A DNA stretch of 63,413 bases, the filler included, from Perkinsus olseni (lineage: Eukaryota): the NCBI GenBank assembly GCA_013115125.1. It is 46 parts of 46 records of this genome, joined end to end, with 100 filler letters (N's around TTAATTAATTAA, not from the genome) between each part and the next. Parts side by side here need not be neighbours in the genome. Positions count along the whole stretch, not along the records: positions 1 to 1,307 come from JABANN010001959.1; positions 1,408 to 2,714 come from JABANN010001960.1; positions 2,815 to 4,117 come from JABANN010001961.1; positions 4,218 to 5,520 come from JABANN010001962.1; positions 5,621 to 6,922 come from JABANN010001963.1; positions 7,023 to 8,323 come from JABANN010001964.1; positions 8,424 to 9,722 come from JABANN010001965.1; positions 9,823 to 11,120 come from JABANN010001966.1; 38 more parts are not named here. One strand, given 5' to 3'. Below the pieces are notes generated by a model. That model searched no databases and was not told the DNA's origin. It was given only the letters and a program-made list of their open reading frames with translations. Every line of letters begins with the position of its first letter. The first letter of the stretch is position 1. The translations under genes and the position numbers were made by a program. This document shows, one piece after another, positions 1-11,913 of this stretch.

Positions 1-1307
1 GCCGGTAGGAGGGGTCACCTCTGCGCTGCTTCTGCCTCATCACCATATTGGGCCCTCTCCTCCCCACCAGCAGCACCACCGGCATGCCCGGCTGCCGCGG
101 CAGCTGCCGCTGTATGCAACAACACGTCATCAGGCAGCAGCCATTCCACAGCATAGCCGATGTACCTGTGATGGGGTAGCCTGGCCAAGCCGATGAGGAA
201 CCGAATCCACCCTACGCAGGCTCCATTTCGGGTACTCGGTCGGGAGAGAGACGCTCAAGCAAATGGTCCCCGGGTCGATCCCCGCTCTTCACATTTTGCT
301 GCTTGACTCTCGACTTGAGCGCAGTAACATCACCAGTATTGGTCCCTTACAATCAGCACTTTCTCGTTAGTCGATGCTCGCTCTTCAACCCTACCTAATC
401 GGCCTGTCTCCCGTATCTCCTTGTTAATAAGGTGGACCGAGACGTTGCGTGGGAACAAGTTAAGAGCCGTGAGCTCATCGTCACCAGTGGTGTGGACCAT
501 CGCCCATGGGTAGCGTAAATATCTGGACACACGTTATCATCCATCATTCTACAGGGGCCTCCACAACAACCTTACAGTAATAAACGGTGATCCTTCGCTG
601 CACACTGTACTGAGCCGACGAATGTCCTCAGGATCTGAGGTCAGGACCATGGCCAACTGAAGGACACATTCCTTGATGGCTGACCTCAACGCACATATCC
701 TTATCGACATTCTCGGGCAACTCCTCCATCGCCTCCAGAAGGACGGCCACCTCCTCTGCACCCTTCACAGACAGGCGACACCGCTGGCCCACATCCATCC
801 AAAAACGGTCGTCTACAAGCACGACGAGATCTCAACAGCCCGACTGTCGTTGTAGTTGGCCTGAGAGGCTACCTTCAATAGGCTGGTCCTCTGGAGCAGT
901 AGCACGTATCCTTCCAATCAGCCCGATGGGTTCGAGCTGCCATGGTTCGAACCAGTACCTATGAAGCCACTTGACTGTAGCTCATATGATGATGGCAACT
1001 CACACTCCACTGACGGCAGGAGGCTGAGCAGGCCACAACGCGAATAGCTGGAATAGTGCGGAGTACACCGAATGGCGCACTGCCGGGGAATCTAAGGTTG
1101 AACACAGGAAGATGCGGAATAAGCCAGGCAATGACCGCTCTACTGATGATCTGTTTTCTCTCCTCCATTTTATCATCAAACTCCTTCGGTTGTTCCCTCT
1201 CCTTGATCGCTACTGAGGTCTCGATCTTCCGCGTTGACGGTATCAATATACGCGTGAGGTTGGGGTCCGTCTGTATCACGAACCGTCAGGCAACAACGAG
1301 GACCTCA

Positions 1308-1407
1308 NNNNNNNNNNNNNNNNNNNNNNNNNNNNNNNNNNNNNNNNNNNNTTAATTAATTAANNNNNNNNNNNNNNNNNNNNNNNNNNNNNNNNNNNNN
1401 NNNNNNN
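1308..1407. other. Artificial contig-join spacer N44-TTAATTAATTAA-N44; first of 45 identical spacers (last at 62059-62158)
   Basis: Identical 100-bp structure every ~1.4 kb; core gives stops in all six frames; flanking contig lengths decrease from 1307 to 1255 bp. Confidence 0.98.
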
Positions 1408-3986
1408 GCTCATAACTCTTCTAACTGATCTTCCAATATCCAGTAATGTGGCGAACGTCAATACTGGTGCCGACGGCCGCGTGACGGGTAAGTGCAGGGC
1501 TGCGACTTCAAAGAGCGCCCGGAGTCTCCTGTCATACTCAATCATGTCTAACTTTCTCCTCTAGTCGTGATTCCTCGTCCGTCGCGAGTGCATGCTCATT
1601 AGGCCATGGATGAGTAGCTACGAATCTTAGCGTTCTCAGTCCTTTGAGCGACTCCTCTGTATTGGACGTTATTCTATATTCTCTGACTCGCCGGTTAGTT
1701 CTTTTGGGCGACCCCAGCATGACCTGCTACATTGCATTCCATCTACTACTTTGGGGCCTTGCTCAAGCGGTCAAGACTGACACCCTTCTTCTGGCTAAGG
1801 CGCTCGATTCCGTGGTGACGCTGTTCGATGAAGAAGCACTGAACAAAACGACAGACGCAATGAAGCGCACCGCAGCTCGCGGAGTGTATCGGCGAGTCAA
1901 TCATGCACCACACTGTGATCTTGGTCCTGATAGTGGAGAAATCGTCACTCCGCTTCAGCAATCGATTCGCCAATATTTGTAGGTTTTCGTTTTTCACGCT
2001 GGCGACCGATGTATATTCTCTGCAGTCCTGGCGGTATCAGCTCTGCTTCGACAACTTCACCACTCTTCAAGGAGCTTCAGACCCTGATCGCTAACTTTCA
2101 GGGCTCCGACGCTGCCCAGCGTCAAGCGTCCCAGTTAATATCCGCGACATCCGCCACCATGGCCAAGCACATCGCAGAAGCAGCCGTAGCCTCCTTTTTA
2201 TCGGCTGTGTCCTCTTCAGTTCCACCACCTGTGAGTGGGAATGGTCGTCCACAGTCTACCAAGAATGTTTCCTCGAATAATCCCTGACTTAGATATGGAA
2301 TGACCAGCCGCTACCTTGCATGCCGTTGCCAGAAGGTCATACCATACGAGAAAGCTCTTAGGTACTTTTCTGATTGTAGGACACCCATGTGCCGGAAGCG
2401 TAAAGAGGACACGAGCACGCTGAATCACCGAGGACCACGCATATTAGCAGGTAAAATACCCCGTCACCTTCGCGGACTTCTCCATGGCTGACGTTACGAG
2501 CTCGATATTAGAGGGAGTCAGGGCATCATTTCCTGCTTTATTCGCCTCTCGCACGGGCAAAGCCGAGAGTATGGTATGCGAAATCCATGCAGCTTATCAT
2601 CTGGATGCGCAGGCGATACGTACGAGAAGTGCTACACTGCTTATATGTCAATGCAATGCGCCTCAATTTTCCCCATGTGCACAGTTCCTCAGGTAGTCCA
2701 CATCCAACGAATCGNNNNNNNNNNNNNNNNNNNNNNNNNNNNNNNNNNNNNNNNNNNNTTAATTAATTAANNNNNNNNNNNNNNNNNNNNNNNNNNNNNN
2801 NNNNNNNNNNNNNNACAGATTAAGTAGATTTGTTGTTTTGCATGGCTGGGTGTATCATGTTTTGTGATAATTATACTCTTTCCGAAACATTGCCGCCGTA
2901 ATCTGTTGAACGAGCATGCGCAGATTTGAGACCGATGGCGTATCTGATTTCTGGTCAGTTTACCCGTGTAACCACTTGGGACGGAGTGGTTCCGACAGGA
3001 ATTAAATGAGCTATGTAAGGGAATTGGTGCCCGATTCAGTTCAAATCACGCGAATAATGTGCGCAGATTCATGGTCAAAATCGTGGTGACACGAAGCAGA
3101 AAATAAAAAATATATTGATATATCATACTATTATTTTTTGGTAAACGTGTCACCAATCACCACTGAGCTTGTTCGTTATACAGAGAATCCATCGGGTATT
3201 CATCCAAAGATAAGCTCGATATAGAGGTCAATTCGTGGTGACACGGTTGACCTAGCCGAGTATATGATCGTACCATCTCCTGCCCAACCAACTTGAAATC
3301 GGAGGAGGTGTATTGCTGCCCTTGCAACACGAATGTCCATGATAATGGTGATATTATTTGGCGAGTCCGTGGGAGTAGTTTTTCGGAGATTTAGACGAGG
3401 ATGGGGGAAGAAGGTCAAGGTCCGCGAGGCTGATCAATGAGCGATACACTGGTGGACGTGCACCAAGCGAGGTCTGAGGCGGTTGGTGAGAGGGTGATCA
3501 CGTGTTGAGGCAGCACTGCTGACCAGTACCTGGGACGCAAGATGCACTGCTTCGAGATGCACGAGAGCTGCAAGATTTCAGCCTGAATTTTCAAGCCCTG
3601 GTCCTCCTCATCTCGGGGACAATGCTCTCCAAGTGGTTTCCGAATCAATGTATATTCTCTGATAAACGCCTCGCTGATACTCAACCTTGTACACGGGGCG
3701 CGGGGTGTGCCCTCAAGTATCTGTACGTTCCTTTTCATGATGATTTTGCCTCCATCCTTCGCTTTTTTCCACCAATACCTGAGCAAAACCCAGTTTCCAT
3801 TACTGACAACTGATCTCCAATGACCTACGATTGATTATCGAGCAGCGAGCACCGAGCACTGATAACCGACCACCGGCCATTCGAGCACCTGAGGGGCTCA
3901 GGCTGAGGCTGCCAGGCTACGGCCCCGGGGAAAACGTTCAACAGTATGCTACGGGATTTCTGCGTCACAACTACCTATTGGAATCT

Positions 3987-4117
3987 GTCGAAATTGCCTA
4001 ATGGTTAAGGTGTCGCGCTTCCACCGAAGGGACCTGGGTTCGAAACCTAGAGACCGAACGTCCAAAGGCCGCTAGAGGCTCCTCAAGGGGCACTAGGTAC
4101 CACAGAGGTAGGAGGAA
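3987..4117 (+). mobile_element. tRNA-derived element (SINE-like head or tRNA pseudogene), truncated by contig end
   Basis: D arm GCCT-AATGGTTA-AGGT, loop CTTCCAC, T arm CTGGG-TTCGAAA-CCTAG; acceptor and anticodon stems mispaired. Confidence 0.6.
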
Positions 4118-5620
4118 NNNNNNNNNNNNNNNNNNNNNNNNNNNNNNNNNNNNNNNNNNNNTTAATTAATTAANNNNNNNNNNNNNNNNNNNNNNNNNNN
4201 NNNNNNNNNNNNNNNNNTGAGAGACAATACAACTCGTGAGTATACGTAAACAGACGGTTGGATTTGTAATGTACATCTCTTGACCACGGCTGTCTAGTGC
4301 TCTCCAAGGCTCGTGTTCCCGCTGTAAACAGCTTTGTTATGTGATTATAGGACACCCTAATACGATACTACTCTTTACTTGCCTTGTTTTCATGTACTGG
4401 ACTTCTGGCAGAGTGTTCATTGGGTCGATACTGTTGATTCTGCTGTCTTTTCCCGTCGCTAATCTCAGGCGGTATCGCGGAATTGCTCTCAAGCACTGTC
4501 ACCGAGACCCTTGAAAGGATATGCTCGCCAGAAGATGCCGGACCAGCAGTGACAGACACGAGCGTTTGCCGTGGCAGTTCGGTTGAAGGCATCTACTAGC
4601 TAGGAATTGCTCTTGGACCTCCGTGGCTGTTTACGCCGTCCGAGTTTCTTCTGGCGAACGAAGCAATAGAAGTTTTATTTCACGTGTACGTTATGACATT
4701 GTCGTAATTCAGATGAGTCACCTCTCTGTGCCTACTCTATGCGGTGTCGTGTTTGGTGAGTGTTGATGGCGCCGTAGGCAAGTCGTACGTTCGGGGCGGC
4801 GAGCCAAGCCTTTGTCGCTAACCCAGCAAGGGCGAGGATGGGTGTAAAGCTTCACGTAGCAATGCTCCGCTGTATTGTCGTGCCGAAGGACCTTGAGGTG
4901 CCGAGCTGTCATCGAGGGGAGTGTTGGTGATGTCTTCGCAACACGAGTCGTATCAGTACCATCCTCCTCGTAGCAGTTCACCAGCCTATGGGCCGAGCTC
5001 CCTCTCCTCCGACGTGGAGTCGCTCGAACTGCCACTCGCCCAGCAACTGCAGCTCGGTGTGTCGTTTGAGAGGCCATGACGGCCTTCTTCTGCAGAGGTT
5101 TGTTATGCTTCCTGGGGTCCGTTCCCACGGCTGAAGCTCTCAGGTGGGCTGTACTGTACGCCGACACCGCTGCAATAGATGATAAAGCGGGGACAAGTTT
5201 GACATTGGACGATGAAGAGCGTGAAACCATAGAGTACTCACCGATCGGAATCCCAGCCCAATACTATCCTCTCAGGTTCATTCATTCTCATAGCCTCCAT
5301 CTGGTATACGGACCAAGCGGTGATCGCTACACCAGTCTGCCGTATCGTTTGATAATGATAGATAGCGATGGTAAAGTTGGCTGGCATACGATGAGCCACG
5401 TAAAGGAGGCTATCTCAGCCGCGGAATGGCTACCAATGTAGCTGATGATAACCGCTCAGCGGAGTCGACTATTTCATTCTCAGACCCAGGCCGATCCTCT
5501 CGGATCCCTCTCTCTTCCCCNNNNNNNNNNNNNNNNNNNNNNNNNNNNNNNNNNNNNNNNNNNNTTAATTAATTAANNNNNNNNNNNNNNNNNNNNNNNN
5601 NNNNNNNNNNNNNNNNNNNN

Positions 5621-6922
5621 AAGGCCATCTTGGAGGCCATGCAGGAGGAGACGGCGGAGGGTCTGGATGTTAGCTATCTTGATGAGATGGACCGAGGAGT
5701 AGTATTCGGCTGCAGCGGTCCTATTCCAATCTCAAACTGCTGGCCAACTAAAGAGCGACGCTCACCGCACGGATGGTATCCCATTTTACGCGACGTTTGG
5801 GACAACTACTCCTCTACGCAGTCTTTCTCCGGGGAGGTGGCCAAGGCCATTGAGAAGGAGGTGGAGTTAGGGCGGATGGTGCCCATCTCGCCTATTGAGG
5901 AGAGCAAAATCCGGGCAACCTGTCGTTTAGGGTGTGTACCCTCATACGATGGCAATGGCAATCTCCGGAAAATAAGAGTAATAGATGACCTCCGCAGGAA
6001 TGGAGTGAATTCCATAATAGATGGTCATCTGAAAGAAACCTTACTCTTACCTACCGTGAAGTGTGCAGTGGCCCTCGCACAGCGATGCAAGGAGTCTGCT
6101 CGCGCCCGAGGCGATGACACTGATATCCTCTGGGTGGAAGGCGATATACGGGGGGCTTTCCGCTTGATAAGGCTGGCGGAGGAGGACACGTGGTGGGCTA
6201 CCAACTCGATCGGAGGCAGGAGGTATCGCCACCTGGCGATTCCGTTCGGTGGAGAGTCTTCTCCACTGTTGTTCATGCGTTTCTCCGGGAGTGACACGAA
6301 GATCATCAGTCGACTGCTGCGATGCTTCGATGTGTTTCATCGTTTGATGATATACATCGATGACAAGGGGTGTCCTACAACGAGGAAGACCGCAAGGATC
6401 ACTATTTTGGTGATGGTGCTGGTCGACCTCATTCTCGACGTTGACATCGCCTTTGAAAAGTTTTTCTGCAGCTCAACACCCCGGGTTCTCGGTTTCCAAA
6501 TGGACCTGAACAAGGAAGAGGTCCATCTGCCGGAGGACAAGAAAACGGCCATCCTCGAGGCTTTGGGTACTTTATCCGAGACGTCCGCTAAGGTACCACT
6601 CGCTCTAGTGGATAAAACTCTGGGTAGGTTGGTCTGGGGCTCGGTTATGTTCCAGAAGCTACGATGCCAGTTGCGACCGTTCTTCAGCGTGACAAAGGCG
6701 CTACAGAAGAAGAACCACGGCGGCGGCCGTAGGAAACACCCGGTGAAGAACATCTCCGTCGGTGTCGGTTTGGCATCAGCGGCACAATACATTCATGAGA
6801 TCCTACAGCAGCTATGCTCGGCACCTTTCGCCGGCCTGGTTCCCAGTGTGGGGCTGAGGCGAGCCGTTGTCATGTGCGATTCGTCGACATCAGCACTCGG
6901 GGGTGTGATAGTCGCTCCGGGT
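5621..6922 (+). mobile_element. DIRS/Ngaro-type (tyrosine-recombinase retrotransposon) reverse transcriptase plus start of RNase H, partial
   Basis: Open frame with RVIDDLRRNGVN, DIRGAFRLI, IPFGGESSP, YIDD, LGF, LGRLVW and CDSSTSALGG motifs. Confidence 0.85.
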
Positions 6923-8425
6923 NNNNNNNNNNNNNNNNNNNNNNNNNNNNNNNNNNNNNNNNNNNNTTAATTAATTAANNNNNNNNNNNNNNNNNNNNNN
7001 NNNNNNNNNNNNNNNNNNNNNNCAAGTGGCGGGTCCCGCCTCACTCTTCACGCTTCACACGCTTCTCGGGCGAGCCGCTACCGTCAACTGCATTAGTGAA
7101 AGTACGCTTAGTCGACGATGCTGATGAGCCTGAAATGAAGCTGCAAATTGAGCATTGACCGTTTGACTGGTTAAACGGTCGAATCACGAGTGCCTGCTTT
7201 TAATGCATTCCGACGCTTGGACCCACCTCTCACACGGTCGCTAGCATCCTCGTGCGAACTTCCGCTCGGTCGTTCATCATGGCGAGTGGACTCGTCCTCA
7301 GTCGTGCCGTACTCGTCTAGTGTGAGCGTTGGTGGTGCAGGCGACGATAGCAGGAGGTCATCAACTACCTGAGATCGACCTCCAGCGAAGTAACATCGCC
7401 GGACAGCTACATTGGATGGGATAATAGCGTTGCTGGCGGTGAGCGAGAGATCCTCGGCTGCGTCTTGGATGGCCTTGATAGAAGCATCGCTCACTTTCAA
7501 CTGGGCCTGTAAGACGGACAGTAGGGAGGAGTTGCACTCAGGGCTTTAGAATACCTGCAACTCGTGTATTATCGCCCGTAATTTTGCCGAATATTTCATC
7601 AGACTTTCGGTGTCCGCTATGTGGCGTCTACGAGCTGAGGAAGCTTGACGCCGAGATTCTTGCGCGTCAGACCGCGCAGCCAGCACTTCACATCGGAGGC
7701 TTTCCATATTCTGAATGCGGACGGCACTTCGGGACGGATCGGAAGAAGTCGGGACGGATCGGGCAACAGCGAAGAGGCCTAGGCGGCGTACCCGTTGCAT
7801 GTGCGTTATCTGCTTATCACGATTCTGGAGAAGCTCTTCCTTCGTCCTTCCCTGCTTAACCAACTGCTCTTGCCGAATGGTCAAGTCTCTCACACGAGCC
7901 TGTAACCTGTCGAAGAAGAGTGGGCTGTGACACTGGGCTGACCAGTGTCACCTTATGGCCTCCCCTCGGTATCTCTCCCGAGAGGCTTGGATCCTATCGA
8001 ACTCGCTGTCTTCGGTCGTCTCTGGGGAGGGTGAAGTCAGGACGCCCTAACCAACGACGACACCTCATGATTCCCTCAATGGCCTCCACTCACGTCTTCT
8101 ATGTGCTCCTCGACCTCAGATTCCTCCCCGGCAGCAGACTTGTCAGTCTGTGACCGATCTCCATGTGAAAATACCGGCGTAGCGATGGAAGGTCTTGCTT
8201 CGGATGACATTTTCTCCGGGCCCGGCTGAGGCTCAGCCACGACCTCCGCTTCAGTGACCTCGGCAATGCAGTACTCTAGCGTTGAGTCACCCTCCTCCTC
8301 CTCATCCTTTTCGTGCCCTGTGCNNNNNNNNNNNNNNNNNNNNNNNNNNNNNNNNNNNNNNNNNNNNTTAATTAATTAANNNNNNNNNNNNNNNNNNNNN
8401 NNNNNNNNNNNNNNNNNNNNNNNCA

Positions 8426-9722
8426 AGTAGGTGTCTGTCCTGTGGAGGCTCCCATGAGACTTCATTATGTCGTCTGTCACAGAAGGTTGGGGTACAGAAT
8501 CTTCAATGTCGTCGATGCAAGGGAACTGGTCATGTCGCTCACATCTGCAGAGGAGTGAAGGTGGCCAACAAAGCTCCATCGACTCCAGCCTCTGGTCTCT
8601 CAACAACGAAAGATGACCCACCTGATGGACCTTTGACGAAGACCTCAACCAGCACTCAACAACCAGATGATAAGCAAGATCCTAAGGTCCACCCGCTTAG
8701 CATGCTCTCTGAGATGGACACCGACACTGACCCCCTCTACACTGAGATAAGGTTTGTAGCTGCTAAACCCCTGAAGTGTAAAGCCATGATTGACACCGGT
8801 GCTGCTCGAGTCTATGTTCGTCAGAGTCTGACTAAGTCCTTGGAGGAGGCCGGTGCTGTAGCAGGGTCACGACAGGTGAATCGTCGCATTATTCTCGCCG
8901 ATGGTCACGAGGCTTTTGCCACTAAGGAGATTACCTTCTATGTCGAGCTCCCCAAGGGTCGTCATGTCTGCTTGAGTGCACTCGAATTGCCGACGTTGAC
9001 GTCCGAAATGATTATCGGCTTAAGCGGTCTTCGACTGATGGACATGGCTATATGCGTGTCGCCCACTACTACTGTGCTCAGGTGCGATGCGTCATCCCAA
9101 GATCATGTGGCAAAGGGCAGTCAAGATCATGTTAACCACGTTGCCCAAGAGCCAAGTGATTCCGAAGATGAAGACCACTCTGTTGATGATGATGACTCGG
9201 ACAAAGGCCCTATCTTCTTATGCAGCCTGCAGCCAAGTGAAGACCATGATAATGTTGATAATGATCCTGTTAAGAAATGTTTCACTGGCTATACTGTAGA
9301 TTGTTCACCCCAGGCTTTGAATGGCAACTCTAGTAGTGAGGCTAGTGTAACTCGTTATACGTTCAATCTCCCGTGGCTCAGCAATAAGCGCCCAGAGACT
9401 TTTCGTCTGAGTGATGTCCCGAATATTGTCAAGCGTGACGAGAGGCTCATTAGATCGCTGAAGCGCAATAATTGTTACGATTGCTATAAGAAGCTTATTG
9501 ATGATTATCTCGCTAAAGATATTATCCGTAAGACGGACGTCTCGGGCGTGAAGTTGTTGTTGCCACACTTTGCTGTACTCAAAGATAGTCTCACTACTCC
9601 TTGCAGACCAGTATTTGATGGTCGTATCTTTCAGAATCTGCTGTCGAAAGGTGATGTTGGGCCTATTTCTTGTACGCCCAGCCTGCTTGCTATGAGATGT
9701 TATAAGTATGTTACCTTACTAG
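8426..9722 (+). mobile_element. BEL/Pao-like LTR retrotransposon gag-pol fragment (zinc knuckles, aspartic protease, RT N-terminus)
   Basis: In-frame upstream of the listed ORF: CLSCGGSHETSLC and CRRCKGTGHVAHIC; then IDTGA protease, NLPW, and LPHFAVLKDSLTTPCRPVFDG. Confidence 0.8.
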
Positions 9723-9822
9723 NNNNNNNNNNNNNNNNNNNNNNNNNNNNNNNNNNNNNNNNNNNNTTAATTAATTAANNNNNNNNNNNNNNNNNNNNNN
9801 NNNNNNNNNNNNNNNNNNNNNN

Positions 9823-11040
9823 CTTCCCAGTCCTCATCATGTGCAAGTTCCAAAGCAAAGTCGTCGGAAAGTACTTGTCGGAAGGCGGGCCTCCGGTTCT
9901 ACAGAGGTCGTTAAGGACCTCGGAAGGGTCGACCACCAACCTCACCTTGGTTGACTTCGCCTGTTTACGGATAACGGGGAAGCACGGAAGGTAGCTGACC
10001 ACGTCCTCATCGGCAGGCACGACGAACCCTTCCTCGACCAAGCCCCTGACAACTTCGAGGTAGTCACTCCTCTCGCTAGCGGAGAGGCGAGCGTCCGTAG
10101 AAAAGGCCCTTCGAGCCGCAGTAGAGTTATAACCGCCAGTGGGCCTGGCATCCCCTTTCCATGGGACGTGCAAGACGAAACGACCCAATTTGGATCTGGG
10201 CGTCGGAGGGGCGAGATCCCAGATGAAGTCGTCAGAGTCGTGCCCCTCGTGGGTAGGGATCACAGATGGCACCACAGCACCCGCGGTTAATTCCTTGGAC
10301 TGGTCGGAGGGAAACTGGGAAGTCACGATGTCAGTGGCTAAGTCATCAGGAAGTACGGGGGTGGAAGTAGATTCGGCCGCGGTGCTGAGGGCTAGGTTGC
10401 AGAGCTCGACTACACCTTGCAGGGCAGGGTCCACCGGTTTGCTGCTAGACGTAGGTCTCCCAAGATTGTATAGCTGTTGAGTGATACCATTTGCGCCTGC
10501 CTCGAAGATGAGCCGACTCTTGCCAACCAACCACACCGCATCTAGCTCACGCAGGAAGGACGCACTCAGGATGACCTGCCGAGTCAGGTCCTGTGCGGAG
10601 ACTAGAAAGTCTAGATACACCACCCGTCCTTGAGGTAGATACACCGGCAAATTCTTGATGATGCCCTTGACGGATGGACGTGGACGAGACCAGTCGGCCG
10701 TGGTGAGGGTCAGGGGGGTAGGTTGAAGGTCTACCAAACCCAAGTCCTTCAACACCGAAGACGAAAGAACGGATATCTGGGCACCGGTGTCCACGAGGGC
10801 CTGATAAGGGGTAGTAGACCGACCGAGGGTGACTGTGAGGACCGGGTCTTCCACGGACATAGGACTTAGGCTGACGGCAGAGATAACCCGCGAAGAGGGC
10901 GTCGGAGCTTTACAGGCCCAAGGTCCATGGTGACGCCTTCCGCACCGACCACAATCCTTCCCGTAGGTGTCGAAGTCTTGGGGGCATAGTTGACAGTCAG
11001 AGTGCTTCAATCCGCAGAACGGACAGCGGATCTCAGGGCG
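9823..11040 (-). mobile_element. BEL/Pao-like LTR retrotransposon gag-pol fragment (Cys/His motifs, protease, RT N-terminus)
   Basis: CPFCGLKHSDC and CGRCGRRHHGPWAC, VDTGAQIS, HVPWK, YLPCFPVIRKQAKSTKVRLVVDPS. Confidence 0.78.
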
Positions 11041-11120
11041 ATCTAGCCACACTCGCAGCAAAGCCGCTAGACGTGCGATCTCGAGTTAGGCATTCATTGT
11101 GTTACGATGGAGGTCGTATT
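11041..11120. repeat. Terminus of an interspersed repeat (Helitron-like), copy 1
   Basis: Near-identical to 31895-31965, starting ATCTAGCCACACTCGCAGCAAAGCCGCTAGA; flanks differ. Confidence 0.75.
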
Positions 11121-11220
11121 NNNNNNNNNNNNNNNNNNNNNNNNNNNNNNNNNNNNNNNNNNNNTTAATTAATTAANNNNNNNNNNNNNNNNNNNNNNNN
11201 NNNNNNNNNNNNNNNNNNNN

Positions 11221-11779
11221 TAGTTCGAATGTACTCCACAGCTTCGTGTGCCACGCTATCATATTCATCCTTGTAGAGAGCAAAGGAAGCTTTGAATGCC
11301 TGTTTCGTGATCGCTAGCTGAACGTAAGCCAGATCACGAAGCATTCGCCAGCGTAGCTTCTCATCTACCACAAGCCGCTGCAAGGCGTCTTCCACATTTT
11401 TTTTCACATGGAACCAGCACATGCATCGCTTGGCCCTGGGGTAGACGAGTTTCGCGGCATTCGTAATCTGCATCGCACCATCTGCCATAATATACTCCGG
11501 TGAATGCGGCGGCAGGTTGATTTTTTGAGCGGCCACATTCAGAGATCGGAAGAGTTCTGCGAAATCGGCTGTTTTCTCATTCCCGCATATGGCCAGAGCA
11601 ACAGGGAAAACATGATTTCTATAATCTACAATGGCCAGCAGGAGCACAGGAAATGAATGATAATTCAATTTGTATGTGGCATCAGTTGAAATCATTGGGG
11701 CAGTTCTTGTTGCTGCGATTAGTCTCCTTGTGCTGAAGACGACTTGGAATGCCGATGACCCACTGAAGTTGCTGTGTAC
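11221..11779 (-). mobile_element. Mutator/MULE transposase catalytic-domain exon, partial
   Basis: FQVVFSTRRL, DATYKLN, FPVALA, IMADG and MCWFHVKKNV motifs; candidate splice acceptor at 11780-11781; possible upstream exon at 12243-12517. Confidence 0.9.
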
Positions 11780-11841
11780 CTGAGTGCGAGAATCCTATTT
11801 TCAGTATGTATTTCGCGTTTTGTATTCGTTGAATGTTCATT

Positions 11842-11913
11842 CAGAGTCCGGATGCGATATCTCTGTAGTATAGAGTGACTCTGTACTACAGAGAATATCG
11901 CATCCGGACTCTG
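11842..11913. repeat. 72-bp near-perfect palindrome
   Basis: Arms 11842-11876 and 11878-11913 are reverse complements apart from one indel and one mismatch; 1-nt centre. Confidence 0.9.

Noticed and set aside
1-1307. Possible decayed non-LTR retrotransposon C-terminal region on the minus strand
   Set aside because: Fragmented frames with no motif I can name confidently
1352-1363. Regularly spaced TTAATTAATTAA as CRISPR-like or biological repeat
   Set aside because: Always centred in N runs; synthetic linker. ORF tails ending XXX/LIN come from it
7121-7150. CTGATGA as hammerhead ribozyme core (also near 22841 and 51024)
   Set aside because: No stem II closed by GAAA and no flanking stems
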